A DNA stretch of 64,000 nt from Phoronis australis (lineage: Eukaryota > Animalia > Phoronida): the NCBI GenBank assembly GCA_002633005.1, contig NMRA01000046.1, forward strand, positions 1,141,126 through 1,205,125. The letters run 5' to 3'. Of this stretch, positions 39,301 through 54,300 are shown in pieces (the stretch's first letter is position 1; the number at the start of each line of letters is the position of its first letter). The position numbers and the translations under genes are program-made. The notes below the pieces were generated by a model. That model was not told the origin of the DNA and did no database searches. It saw nothing but the letters and a program-made list of their open reading frames with translations.

Positions 39301-42300
39301 AAATCCACGAGAAGCATTGCAATGAATCGATCTACCTTTCTCAACTCGGCTCGGCTTTGTAACTACTTTCTATGTCAGAGGCCTAGGGTCGGAAGACATG
39401 ACCTTTGAGTCGAAGGATCCCGATGACACGATACCCGCATTCAAATTGGAGATCGGTGATTTACAAGTGAGAGAAAATGAGAGATAAATTTCATTGAATT
39501 AAAATATCTTTCTTATAGAAATTATGCGTCTTATTTTTCATACCGTATAAATATTGATACAATGCGCTTTGTTGAACATGCGATTGCAGCGCGCGCTCAT
39601 TTAAGTATTCTATTTTCACGTTCAATGACGTCAGCCGCTGAGTGGTGCAGTGGTAAAGTCGACGACTCGAAACTCTTGCGGACCGGGTTCAAAACCAGCC
39701 TCAATTCCTGCCAAAATGTTATTTCACAAGTGAGATAACTAAATGGGTTATTACACGGTTGTATTGGCCATTGGAGGCTGATATTGGGGTATAATTGTTA
39801 GTATCAGTGCACAATAAATTGGGGATGCAACAAGTTTCAGAGCTGCCATAAATTAGACACTTAGCACTTGTTTTGTTTTTTACATACAATGTTTACACAA
39901 CAGAACATGCATTTTAAGTTGGTTATGAATAAAGTCTTATTTTTTCCCTTTTTTAAAAAAGTGTTTTTCCAATGTTAATTTCTATCGGCTAATGCGCGTT
40001 TGACTTCACTGAAGCTGCAGCATGGGTGAGGACCTCTGAACGATTTAAGCGCCGACTGCTCGATTAACCGCCCCTTTATGATTTTTGAAGATTTCCAGTT
40101 AAGCGCCCACCTCTCCATTAAGCGCACATCTCCAACTTTTTAAGATTGAAGATGTAGCGCCCAGTGCTAAGGAAAAGCACGGTTCCCGACTTTTAGATAC
40201 AGATGATAATCACAATGAACGCAACAATGCTGGGCCTCTGGTATGGCAGTTTGGCAATGTGAATTACAACACAAGTAACGAATTATTGTCCCGGGTCATG
40301 GACTTACTTCAAAATATAATACTTGAACATTTTTGTCATTTCATTTTCTTCCCACATTCACAAAGTTTAAGAAGCCTGCCAGCGTCAATACCTCAGCTTT
40401 CTGTGACGCTGTCTGCCGCGCTGAGTTTCCGTCTGCAGTGCACTAGATAAAACATATTCGAAAAAATCGGGCCAGAGAAATGTAACAATGGTTTCGCCAA
40501 CCCTCCAAATTCTCTTTAGGTGGGAAGCTCTCATATTTATAAGAATTCCCATCTCATGGAAAGATGTCAAATTCTGTCTCAGACTGACTGAAAATTGGCG
40601 ACGGTAGGAGGTGCATGCAGCTAGCTACCGGCATGGCACATCGGGCCTACTAGAAGGGAACATCGAGCCGGGAAATATCAGAATAGACTTGACATCGCAG
40701 TTTTGGGGGACATAGGCAACGGAGGAATATCATAAAGCATTGGGTCTTTCGTAACAACAGCTTAAAACTACAGTGTCACGCCGGTTTCTTTTACTTAGGA
40801 CAGTCGATGTTCTCTTTTGATGTGCGACTTTGTAGTGGTGCAAGTGCGAAAGTTTCTACACTTTGGAGTGCATGTTACCTTGACACCAACATGTGGCTGA
40901 CAGGTTACTCATACGTAGGCCATACGTGCGTGCTGAATCCTGTCGCTATCTTTGGCCATAAAAAACAGACGCATATTGAAGGAAGCCGTTATATTACTTG
41001 ACAGCCTTTCCATGTCAAAATTGTCTGCCAGGGCATTGCACGCAAACAGGTGGTCATTTAAGAATGAATTGAATGAATTGAGACATTGCTGTTTTGTGAG
41101 GTTTTATCACCTACTCATGCAGTGGTTCGAAATTTTCTTCTTGATTGACGACTGGCTCATGTCCGCTTACCCCCATTCTTGTCTTACTTCTTTGCCAATC
41201 ATGTTTCGCGCAACGAGAAGTGAGCAGTGCCGGGTGGTCGAGATAAAACAGCTAGCTGCAGAACCATACGTAGAAAATGTTATTAAGTCATGGAGTGTCG
41301 ACTATAAACAGCCAAAACACAAAAAACACCTGAATTATTTTTTCAAACTTTATTATAACTAATTTTAAAACTGCTCTCTGACTCAGAACTTGACTGTAAC
41401 CTTGATGTCAGTTGTGACCTCTGCAACACGTGAAACTTGCACGCGGGAACTTTTGCAGTGTCACCGCTTGAGAATAGTTACAATCCAAGAGGAGTGCTGC
41501 GTGGTCGCTGGTAATCAGCGCACTACATATCTCATAAAGTAACAAGACCGCAGGACGGCACGAGTGTATTACTCAGCAATTTTGTAAATTTAATTATGAA
41601 TGACTAATCTGAGGGCAACAGAATCTTTGTTGGGATCATCCACTGTTATGAAGTTTTTACCATCATTTAGCGACATGACGATACAGCTCTTTGAAAAGTG
41701 CTACGCGTTCTGAGTACGTGTGTCGTGTGGGGACTTAGATCACGAGGTAAGATTAACCGCCCAGAGCAGTTGTCTGTCGTAATAAGTACCCATGTTTGGT
41801 TAACCGCCACCCCAGGATTTCTTAAAATTTCACGTTTAAGTGCCCATGTCTGGTTAACCACCATCTCCAAATTTTTGGGTTTTCCAATTTTACCACCCAG
41901 GGCGTTAACCCGAACGTTTAGGGTACATTAACCTAGTTAAAAATATCATATGAGAAACTTTGAGCGAGTATGCAGCATTTCCTATAATAGAGAAATTATA
42001 CCTTAAATTCCTCAAAATTAAATAAAATATACAATTGATGTTTTTGAGATCAAACTATTCATTTTTGCAAAAGAAAATTTACTGAAGTAAGAATTTTATC
42101 AAGAATTTAGAGGACGAAAGAGCCTTATTATTTACTGTGTCACAAGAGGACCAATCCCAATTTCTAGATGTACTTCTAGACCAGACAAATAGAGAATTAG
42201 AAAATTATAGGGAAGAACAACTGAAAGGATACATTATAGTTTCCCGTGCAAAATGTATAGAGTATGGTGAGATAGTTTTCCAACTTAGAAAAGCCAAATT

Positions 42301-45300
42301 ATGTAAACATAAATATTACTAAACTATATACTGGCCAAGGCAATTTCATTCCAAATCAATCAGAATTGTTTACTGAAATACAGAATTTTTATAAATTGTT
42401 ATATACCTGTAAAGACAACTCTTTACAAAATTTTGGCTTCGATTTTGCTCACTATAATTATAAAAAACTCATTAACTTTGAAATTAAAAAAATGATAATC
42501 CTGTCTCAATTGATGAAGCTCTAAATGTTTTAAACAATATGAAGAATTATAATAAAATGCTTGGCCATGATGGTTTCTCAACAGAGGTCTTTAAATTCTT
42601 CTTTATAGTGAGATCTTTCAATAATAGTTATGATCAGTCAGCAACAAGAAGTTACTACTATTATAACCAAATAAGACCAGAGAATTCCTCATCAGCTAGC
42701 GACCAATATCATGTTACATGTATAAAGTATTGTCTAGCTACATTGCCGAACACATTAGATCAGTAATCAGTTATTTCATTGATCATAATCAGACTGGTTT
42801 TATAAAAGATAGATTCATTGGCGAAAACACATGAACTAATTGTGATTTAATTCAATTTACTGAAGAAAATAACATTCCGGGGCTCCTTGTTACTGTCGAT
42901 TTTGGAAAAGCATTTGACTGTTTCTTGGAAATGTATGTAATATGGTACTTTACGCCTCTTTTGGGTCAGACTTTATCAAATGGGCCCATCTTTTAAACAA
43001 TGGAGCTAAATTATGCATTACTCAGCATGGTAACACTTCGATTTTATTTTGAGATTGGCCATGGTTGCTGGCAAGGAGTCCCTCTTTCTACGTATTTATT
43101 TATTTTATGTGCCGAAATTATGGCTATAATGTTTTAGCAAAATGACAATATAAAAGGATTAAATGTTGGTCAACTAGAACTGAAAATTATTCAATATGCA
43201 GATGTTTCCAATGAATCATTGAGAAATTCTCACAGTCTTTTAGATCAGTTTCATAAATATTTGGGTTTAAAACCGAATCTAGACAAAACCCATTGTATCT
43301 GGATTAGATCTATAACACTCGACAACAGACGTTTATGAGAGGCCAAAAAACTTTCTTCGATAATTATTCTTGGGATCAAGTTCCATATCAATTTATCAAA
43401 CATGATTCATTTAACCTACAATGAAAAAATCAGGGAGATTAGTTTAACACCTTGGTCTAAGAGGTCCTTGACCCCTCTTGGACATAGTACTGTACGTAAG
43501 TCCTCGGTACTTACTAAATTGATTCATCTTCTCTCTGCTCTCCCGACACTGCCGGATGAAATCATTGACCAACTAGAGATTGTTTTGCAATTTCATTTGG
43601 GAAAATAAACCAGACAACATAAAAAGGATAACTTTTACTCAAGATTTTTCACATGGTTGTTGTCGGATGGTCCATTGTTTTGTGTATCTTTATTAAATCT
43701 CTTAAAATAACTTGATTAAAAATTATTATTAACTGATTATATTGCCTGGAAAGTTTTTCTGACGACAAATAACATATTTTCAAGTAATTTGTTTCATTTA
43801 GTACGTATATCCTTTTACCGAAGTTTATCCAAACAAACAAAAAATTTGTTTTGGCAAGAAGTTTTTAGAGCCCTTGAAGATTTAACAGTTAATTTTGAGA
43901 TTAATGAAGACTTGATTCATTATGAATCTCTTTGGTTTAATCCAAAACTATTAATAGATATACACTAATATTTTATACATGATGGTGAAGAAAGGGCATA
44001 ATGCATATTTATGATCTCTTAAATTTCAATGGTGAACTGATGACTTATGACAAGTTTTGCTCCTTCTATGGTTGCTCTCCTCCGTTCACTGTTTTCCTGA
44101 GTGTACAATATCTTGTCTGGAATCTATTGAGAAGTCTTCCCTGTTTCAATGCATTTCGAGTTATTCTTTCTCATTGTTTTGATTTTGCTTCGACTGTTGT
44201 TAATGGCAATAATGTAAGCAAAACTGTTTATAATCGTTACATCATCTCTTTGTATAAAAAACCTAACTATGTAATTAAATGGGAAAGTTGTTTAAATACT
44301 GCGTAGTCAGAAGAATGGTGGCATAAATGTAATATATTGGCAGTTAATTTTACTATGGACACAAAATTGAAGTGGTTTCAAATAAGATTTAATTACAGGC
44401 TTATTAGTACTAATATCTTTTTACAGAAAAAATTGGTGCAACAAATTCACGTTTGTGTACTTTTTGTAATAGTGAGTCTGAGGATGTTGTTCACTTGTAT
44501 TGGTCTTGTACAATGGTTCAAAATTTTTGGATGGCTGTAAACAATGGATCACATCAAAAACTGGTGAATCTCTCGAACTGAACTTGTACAAGGTTTTATT
44601 TGGAAGGCATGATGTGGAACATGTTATTAATTTGGTAATATTTGGTCAAATATCATATTTATAAAGCGAGATTGAACTCTAGTGTTCCGTGTTTGAAGCT
44701 ACTAATTAAAAAATAATTCTTGCGTTATTATCTGTCTTTTGTAACAATGAAAAGTATGTCATTTTGAAAACAGCATGCAAGAGGCAAGGGCACATGGCAT
44801 TTCCTAACTTTTTGCGACATCTCTTGGGAGATTGTGGAACTTCAGAGCAGCAAAATTTGTTCTGAAATTTGATTTGCTGGTATGAAAATACTAAAATCTT
44901 GTAACGAAATAAAACCAGTTCCGATAATTTGTCGTGACATGTGCGTAACCTCGTGGAAGAGAACAGTAGATTGAAGAATCAGGGAAAAAGAAACTGGCTA
45001 ATAGGCGACATGATATTTCAAGGTGCCAAAAGCCGATACAAAAGATGGCACCACAATTTTAGCAGCAGAATAATGGTAGAATGCCAATTTTCCAACACCT
45101 GTTAATAATTTAGTTTAGTGAAGGAAGAGTGCAATTTTTAATGACGCTGATTTTGTGACAATTTTTAATTGGTCAGCTTTTTACCCACATCATCACACAG
45201 CTTTATATATTTAGTATACAGCTTTGCACCAAGGCTAAGTGGTACCTAGCTGTATTTTTACCCACATGAGCACACAGCTATATATATTTAGTATACAGCT

Positions 45301-48300
45301 TTGCACCAAGGCTAAGTGGTGCCTAGCTGTATTTTTACCCACATGAGCACACAGCTTTATATATTTAGTATACAGCTTTGCACCAAGGCTAAGTGGTGCC
45401 TAGCTGTATTTTTACCCACATGAGCACACAGCTTTATATATTTAGTATACAGCTTTGCACCAAGGCTAAGTGGTGCCTAGCTGTATTTTTACCCACGAGC
45501 ACACAGCTTTATATATTTAGTATACAGCTTTGCACCAAGGATAAGTGGTACCTAGCTGTATTTTTACCATAGTCTTCCTACTTTTGACTGGCTAGACCCC
45601 CGGATGAACTAACGTCACAGGGAAGAAAAGGGTTGCTAGTATGCACAAGTTGATCTGTTGACTGGAATATGTACTTGCACCACAAATGACCAATATCTCT
45701 TTGTGCTGTGCAGCCTCAGTGATGTCATGAAAAACAGCACTTACACTGGGGCTTTACGGAACTAAAGTAAAAATAAAAATACTATGAACTATTTAAGAAA
45801 ATATGATTGTCAGAAATCAACTTGTGTACATTGAAACTTCATTCTAAAATGCTGAAATATGTATTTGAGGCCTCTTTTCAGTATGGACACATGTTCTATT
45901 TCATAGTCTTTTCCAAGGTTGGTTGATGTGTTTATTAATCCAAACAGGATTTCAACTTTGAGAAAAAAGCTGCAAACACTGTCCTTCGTGTTGCCTTCTC
46001 AGGCAATGCACGAATGTCCAGTAGTAGCAGATGCAATCGCTGGTACATTACCTTTAATGGTACAGAGTGTGTAAATCCTGGAAAGATTGAAGCAGCCTTC
46101 TACCAGAGTTCTAGTGACAATATGCTGAAGCCCATGTATTGTAAGTACTTGATGTAAACATTCCAGTAGTTTAAGGATAAGTTAGCGCATTTAGCCAAAT
46201 TTCTACAAAACTATACATTTACTCAGTAAAAGTACACAATTTCTGAAAGTCAGATTTGTCATTTTTACCAATCTTTCATTAAATATGTCATGTGACCACG
46301 TCTTTTATTGTAAATTTAAGTCTAAGGCCACAGTTTGGGCCTTTGCAGCTCTTCTCAAAAATGAAGAAAATAGAGTGAGTTTTACTACAATAGTGTAGAT
46401 TAAATGGAGTGGGTCAGGTTTGACGGCAATGTTGTAGACTAAATGGAGTGGGTCAGGTTTGACGGCAATGTTGTAGACTGAATGGAGTGGGTCAGGTTTG
46501 ACGGCAATGTTGTAGACTAAATGGAGTGGGTCAGGTTTGACAGCAATGTTGTAGACTAAATGTTAAGTGACTGATGCAACTGGCACTCAGTAGCTCTTTG
46601 AAGTTGTTTGAATAGACAAAAAAATTGGCCTTTCCTCCCATCTATCTGGATAAGGAAGTTCTACCATTTTCAGAGCACACCCTTGTTCAAAGGTGAATTT
46701 TTAGCACAAATACAGGTACCCTGCAGACCAGTGGAAATTGGCAAAAACCTGGTTGGTAATAACACGTTTTAACCTAAATTTCAGGAATCTAGAGTGAAAG
46801 AGCATCTGTATTCTTATCTGCTCTCTTGTAATGGGGCGGTTGTGAATAAGGGATTTTAGGCACAAAAAAAAACCCCGCCAAAATCACAACTTTTTGGTCC
46901 AATTTAGTATTTTCCATTTTTTCTGCTGGATGTAGCAAGTCAAGACTTTGTTGAATTTGTTGTGTTTGAGGGTATCCATGGTAAAAACTAAAACATGGAA
47001 AATCATTTAACCGTACTATGTATGCTTAATGGAGGACAAGACGTTCTCCAACTTCTTAACTTTTAAGTACCATTTTCTACAAAAATGCCAATCACTAAAA
47101 ACTGTGAAGTAAAAATCATAAAAGGAAAGCAGAAAAATTAAATTTGTAAGTCGCGAATATCAGTAAAAAATAATTATTCATGTTTCACCACTTTACCTGC
47201 AAACAAACTTTAACCAGTCTTGTAATTTTATTTCAAAAAGTGTCCTACAATAAAAGTGCTGTGATTTTAACACAGATGTACACAATCAATTAAAGAGCCA
47301 TCTATTTTTGCAGTTGAAGGACTTTGCTCTAATTTAACCCAAGGTCAAGTGACAGTGGCTCTTCACATTGGACCCTGCACTGGGACATACAGAACAGGTG
47401 ACGCTTACACAGGCTGGAATTCCTTGTCCAGGATCATTGTTGAAGAGATTAACACCAGTTAAAAACAACGAAATGCACCAGGTAGAACCAGCAAATAAAG
47501 ACAAGAGATGAAAAAACACAGACAGAAAGTTGCCTATCTTGTCTTAAAACCAAACCTAGCCCAAAAAGTTAACGGCTGGAAATATGATTTCAGTAACAAT
47601 AACCAAATATGTGTAATATATACAATCACTGTTCATTTAGTGTATGATGATCAGTCATTTAAAGAAAGGACCGACTACAAGTAACATTACTACTCTCGTT
47701 AAATTACTAAATAGCAAAACATGACACAGGGCAGTGTAGATTTTAAAAGGCTACATGCTAAAACTATTAAACTCATGTAATTCATCTAGACATGTGATTC
47801 AGACCATCCTGTGTCATGTTGATATCACAGCAGAACACTTGCTCTAAATCCTCCATGCATACAGTGCCTTACTGATTATGTTTCGATAACCAAAATGTCT
47901 TCCTGTGATAACTAAAACCTAATTCTATTAACTTTGGCATGTATTAACTGACATTAGTGTATTTCTACTTATAAACGTGTCCAGTCCTTCAAATACATAA
48001 TCAAGATGTCTATAAACAATTGTATTGTGTATGAGAGTACTGTGCTTTGTGGAAATATAAACTAAAAAAATAATAAATGCTGGGTAATCATTGATTCAAT
48101 CAAGACAAGACATTAGCAAAATTACACATTCACCTATAGTATGTATAAATTCAATTTTCTTGTTATTAATGTGTAGATACAATTTGACACAATTCATTGT
48201 TGCAAACAACAGAAATACCAAGGCCTCAAAAGTCTGACTGCCAGGCGGGCAACTGAGTCAGAAAATAAAATCGCTTAGCCACAAGTTAGGTAGTTAAGTT

Positions 48301-51300
48301 TCTTCAAAGAGTGTTATTTATATGTGAATATGCTGTTACAAACCAGTCCGTTAATTTTGCATAAGTAAGAATTATTAGTTTTTCACATCAACTATACTTA
48401 AGTCTGAAAAGATCTTAGTTGAACTGGGAATTGAACACAGAATTTTCTGCTAACCATGCGGACTTTCTACTCCACTGACCTCTCGGGACCGCAGGTCAAC
48501 TACAGAGTAAATTATACTATGTTTTTCTGGCTTTAAATGTCCTGTTTCACATAGGCACAGCCAATAACCTTGCTGCCAAACATTGACCAAAAATCATTTG
48601 TTTTTTGGGCAGATGTCGCCAACTGTAGCTAATTTCATAAAAATGAGAATTCTTATCCCATCAAGGAAATGCACTTTTTGCACACCAAGTGATTCCCTAC
48701 AATGCAGACGATACATCGACCTTTGCATCACTAACTGACCTAAATTCCAAAACCCAGGGCTTGGAATGACCAATGACAAAAAACGCGGAAACTTTGAAGG
48801 CCCAAATCATGCCCGATAACCAGCCTTGAAATGGTCAATGTGAACCTTTCCCCGACAAAAATCGGGAGGACTGCAAAAAAAAAAAAGTTGCCACCATCAG
48901 TAGCATGCATCTGCGTCCTTTTAGCTCGCCCGTCCACTCCCAACCCACACATTTTTGGCTGCAGAGCGGTAGTATTTGTCGCCGCGCTTAACAATAACAC
49001 GAGACGCCATTGAAAATCCCACCACGCTGTCCTAGTTGCCATGGCAATGTTGACAATTTACGTTCCTCCGAAACATAAAGAGCAACTTCCGCTTTTCGAG
49101 GTGAACGTCGTCTGCAACGCCGCGGTAAAAAAGAAATTTGTCGCGGAAATTTTATATCAAATCCGATTTTTTTTTTACGCGGAAATATTATAAAAAAAGC
49201 GGAAAGCACATTTGAAAAAAGAGGAAATCCGCGTTTCCGCGGAAAATTCCAAGCCCTGAAAACCATTCAAGATCTCTGCATTCATACTGTGGCTGAGCTG
49301 ATGTGGGCGCAGTGTATATGTTGATGTTTGATCTAGTTTAACTGACATGGCTTAGAAAAGTCCAATCATAAATAGTGACTATACACTTGGAGTGACGAAG
49401 TAGGACAGGTGCATGGCATGTGTTGAAATTGTGGGTAAATAGTTAAGAATGAATGTGGTGGTGTAATATTTCATGGGGGAAGGGACCTATTGTTTGGTAG
49501 ACAAAAAGCACATGGTAACAATGGAACCAAAACACTAAATTGCCATTAGAAGATGAACATGTGGGAGCTGCGCAGTGTTTTCTCATAAGCATTCCAATCA
49601 TTTTTTAATGACTTTGGATGGGCAGTATCCGAAATTCTATGCAACCGATAGGTTTTTGGTTCAAGTCAAGTGTCTCGCATAAGAAATAAGTGGTTTTTAT
49701 CTGATGAGATTTTATGACAGAAATTGACTACTTTATAGGCAAAGGAACTCGCCCATCAACAGTACCATCATAAATTGGTCAGCCCTCCTATTGTTTTGAA
49801 ATTGATTCCTTACGTAATCCCACTTATGTCTAGTTAAAGACATTTGTCATCTTGCCAGAAATTATCTAATAATCTGCCTTAAAAAGGGTATTTTAAACAA
49901 TTGTAAACATGGACGACTATGAAAAGAAGTAGAAAGCTATGGAAGATAACACCGAACTGTAGTTGAGGAAAGTCATCAGAGAAGTAAAACAAGAGCAACG
50001 CGGAGCTTTGAAATGCGCCCACGAATGCTTCGCTAACGTTGTGCTTCTAGGTGCGTTTATTTGGAACATAAAAATTTGTAACTGGATAGCACAAAATATG
50101 TCGAATCCATCTGAGAACTTGTATGTGTCATCAAAGCTATTTACCAAATTCCATAAAAATCTGTCAAGGAAAATAAAAAAATGAAATTGCCACTAAGAGG
50201 ATATAACCGCAAAAAACAACTGCCACAAAGAGGCACCGAAGTAAATAATGTTGTCAGAAAATCATCGTCAGACTTCCTCTTCCCATTAGGAACATAAATA
50301 CCAATTTCCACAACCATCCTTGAGAGTGGTTTGGTTGACAGAAAGGCAGACGTCAAATAACAAGACTCGAAAACAGTAAACATGGCCACAAGGTGGCGCA
50401 AAATATCTCGGATTTTACCAAAAACCGGATGATAGCGTCACCTCACTAATAGATGCCTAACTGCCAAATTTTATGAAAATCCATTGACGAACCTTTAAGA
50501 TACAGAGGTATATAAAAAATTAAAATTGCCACTAGGGGGGCACACTGGTAGCCCGATCCGTCTGAAAGTCGTCATCCTCTATAGTCAACTTCATATAAAT
50601 ACACCAGCAATAAAGATCCTGTAGAGCATTTAGGAGATACAGCCATGGGCGCAAAAACAAACAAAACTGCCACTAGGAGGCGCCATAGTATTCCAAGTCA
50701 TCGTAAAATCATCATCAGCCGCCCTATTCATAGTAAGAATATTTATGATCGACATATGTCCCGGATAATAGATAAATAATACGTGCGTCGCAAGCTCGTT
50801 ACCAGAGATGAAAGGAGACTGATGTAGGCGATATAAGGTCATTTATTATGACTAGTAAATTACAATAAAATGAATACAGGTAAATAAGTATAATAGGTAA
50901 TCTCTGGTAAGATGGGCAATAAAAAGCGCCACAGAGATGTTGTAAGACAGCTCATGCCCATCGCCAACTTTCAAAATCATACCTAGAGCGGTACGAGAGA
51001 ATGACGAAAACTGGGAGGAAGAGGGTGGGAAAATTGAATGAGTTTTTGACGTACGACAATGTGGCCGGAACAAAGTGAATTGAAAGCTAGGTTACAATAA
51101 CAAAGAAAAACGCCCCTAAAGACACGTGACAATCATCAGCCTATAAGAGCCAAGAGCTGACCAAACTCGAGGCACGTGATAACAACAGACCAATGCGAAG
51201 GCTGGAAAAACGTCGTGTAGTCCTACACAAGGGAATAATGGAATAGACCAAGATGAGGGGGAAAAGGAGTAAGGCGAGTCCATATGCTCACATAAATATA

Positions 51301-54300
51301 TTTAACGAGTGAAATACCATTTATGGTCGACATATGTCCCGGATAATAGATAAATGATACGTGCGTCGCAAGCTCGTTACCAGAGATGAAAGGAGACCGA
51401 TGTAGGCGATATAAGGTCATTTATTATGACTAGTAAATTACAATAAAATGAATACAGGTAAATAAGTATAATAGGTAATCTCTGGTAAGATGTGCAATAA
51501 AAAGCGCCACAGAGATGTTGTAAGACAGCTCATGCCCATCGCCAACTTTCAAAATCATACCTAGAGCGGTTTGGTTGATAGAACTGCTGACGCCAAAAAA
51601 GACTTGAAAACAGTAAAAAAGGCCACTAGGTGGCGCAAAGTACCCTGAATCTGTCCGAAAATGGGAGGATGGCATCATCTCACTAATAGATGTCTAACTG
51701 ACAAATTTTATGAAAATCCGTTGAGTACCTCCAAATCTAGAGGTAAGCGTAAAAAATTAAAACTGCCACTAGGGTGCACAGCAGTAGTCGGAGAGGTCCG
51801 AAATTTGTTGTCATCTGTTGTCACCTTCATGGCAACACATCTGCCAAATCGTATTAAGATCCAGTAAAAGGTTTAGGAGATACAGCCATGCGCGCAAAAA
51901 CAAACAAAAATGCTTATAGGCGCCACAGTTGTCGAAGTCGTCGGAAAATCATCATCAGTCGCCCTCTTCACAGTTAGACCATATATGCTAATTTTCAAAA
52001 TCATTCCTAGAGCGGATTGGTTGATAGAACGGCGGACGCCAAAAAACGGACTTGAAAACAGTAAAAATGGCCACTAGGTGGCGCAAAGTACCTTGAATCC
52101 GTCCCAAAACGAGAGGATGTCATCATCTCACTAATAGATGCTTAACTTTCAAATTTTATGAAAATCCCTTGAGGATACAGCGTAAAAAAATAAAATTGCC
52201 ACTAGGGGGCACACCGGTAGTCGAAGAGATCTGAAATTCGTTATCGTCCAATGTCAGCTTCACAGGAACACATCTGCCAAATCTGATCAAGGTCCTGTGA
52301 GGGGTTTAAGAGATACAGCTGCGGACGCCGGACAAACAGAGATGGCGGCAATATGCGACCACATCTAAAAATGTGGGCGCATAAAAAAGGAACTGGAGTC
52401 CGTGAAAATAGAAAATCAGTGCTCCGATGACCAAGATAAGTTATGTACAGCAGTATTCCCAAAGAATTAAATTTGTACTTACAGTGTGGAAGAAAGTACG
52501 GATGAAAATTGTAATCTGACCGTTCAGAAGGTATTCCAGGAAAAAATGAATGCAACTATTGGCCCTGGTAACAGATCAAACCCACATAGATGGAAAATCC
52601 AGAGGTGAAAATGTAAGATCAACCACCAGTACAAACAGCAGCAGTTCCACCAACCACCAGCAAAAGCCACTACCATATTCTATTGAAGTTCATCAGGCAT
52701 TTTTATCAGCAAGTAGTATTTTAACAGAAGAAAAATCTAAAGAACACTCAGATTTTCATATCAGAAGATCTTACTGTGGAAAATTACTATCTCATGAGTT
52801 CAACGTGAGTGTGTGTGTTGCTTAAGACCTACATTTCATAAATCCATAGATCTCTAGAATATTCCGATAGTTAACATCAAATTTACATCCTTGAACATCT
52901 GAGGTATAAATTCAGTAACAAAATGTTTATAACTTTTTATGAAAAGTGGTTGAAAGATATCATGTCACATATTTACAATAAACATACAACACCACAGAGT
53001 CTATTATAAGATGTGAATATGAACAAGGTGATACCATTATTACAAGCCATCGGAAAAACTATAGCAAAGAACTGTTACTTTACTGGACACTCTTGGATTT
53101 TCAACAGATTTCATCCATAAATGACAGTCAGGAACTGTAATTTTGTTAATTTCAGAACTTTACAAGAGAATGTTGTTTTGCTCAATGTATTATTCCCAAA
53201 TGAAACCAAAAAATAACTTGATTTTATAGAAAATTTTTTAAATGTACCTTTTGAAGTTAAGTCAGCTTGGTAAGCTAATTCTTATTCTGCCATACTCAAC
53301 CCATCAAGAAAGATATGTGTGGAAATCTTAGTCACTGGTACTACACCACACAAACACAAAACCATAAAACCAAAACACTACATCACGTAAAAACTGTGGA
53401 ACACTCACCTTGTTCCATCTGCCTTCCAACTGCACTTGTATGGCTTCTCAGTGAGGAACTTCAAGTTTTTCAAGTCCATTGACACAGGCTGACACCCTGG
53501 AAAGCCACCTCTGGAATGACAAGGGTTGTAGGTTACGCTAATAAATAGCACGTCATGAGGTTAGACACTAAAGGGAGCAAGGTTCTTCCATTAACTCGGG
53601 AAAATTTATATTTTCTCAAAGTAGAAAGTTGGGAAATTTTTGACCTTCCACTAATCTGCCATTAATTGGTTAATGAGACCGACCATTTTTATTAAAATTT
53701 AGTAAAAAATGTGGAAACAATGGTGTCAATCTCATGATCAAACTTTAGTTAACATAAATGTGCAAGATGAATTTTCTAAAACATCATTTTGTTTTCATTT
53801 ATTGCAAAACCATACAAGTCCTATTTTTGGAAGGCGTTCATAAAGAAGTGGAGCAGTTTACCAAAAATTCCTAAAAACATTTTGCATGTATCCAGAAGTT
53901 TCACATGAATCCAATTAGCTATTTCCGAGATGCAATGTTCTGAATTTAGCCAAATTTGGAATTTTTCTAGGGTCCTATTATGAATGAATTCCACAATGCC
54001 ATCCTATTGTCAAGCTCCACTACTATGTCAAACCCAGGTAGTGCAGATTTTAGCAGAGAGAAGTGGTGCTTCAAACCAGCCTCTTAATAAGAGAGCATAT
54101 TAGCACTTTGTGTTCAGTAGGTATTTGTTCAGTTTCCTAGTGTTTAAACAACTTGGAACATGTCATTAATCAATTTTCATTAACTGGTAAGATCTAGAGC
54201 CACTATTTATACCCTATCCCAACACATGATAAAAACTGACATAAGTTTGAAAACATACGGCTATAAATGCAGTTGTCACTAAGAAATTAGCACACCTATC

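Noticed and set aside
39637-39704. Functional tRNA gene (also 26650-26720, 18615-18685, 48425-48487)
   Set aside because: A/B boxes are present but acceptor and anticodon stems do not pair well, and most are embedded in repeats.
45175-46562. CRISPR-like arrays
   Set aside because: Head-to-tail minisatellites without unique spacers, in eukaryotic intronic DNA with no cas genes.
51133-51139. Hammerhead ribozyme core (CTGATGA on the minus strand)
   Set aside because: No stem II followed by GAAA could be found downstream.
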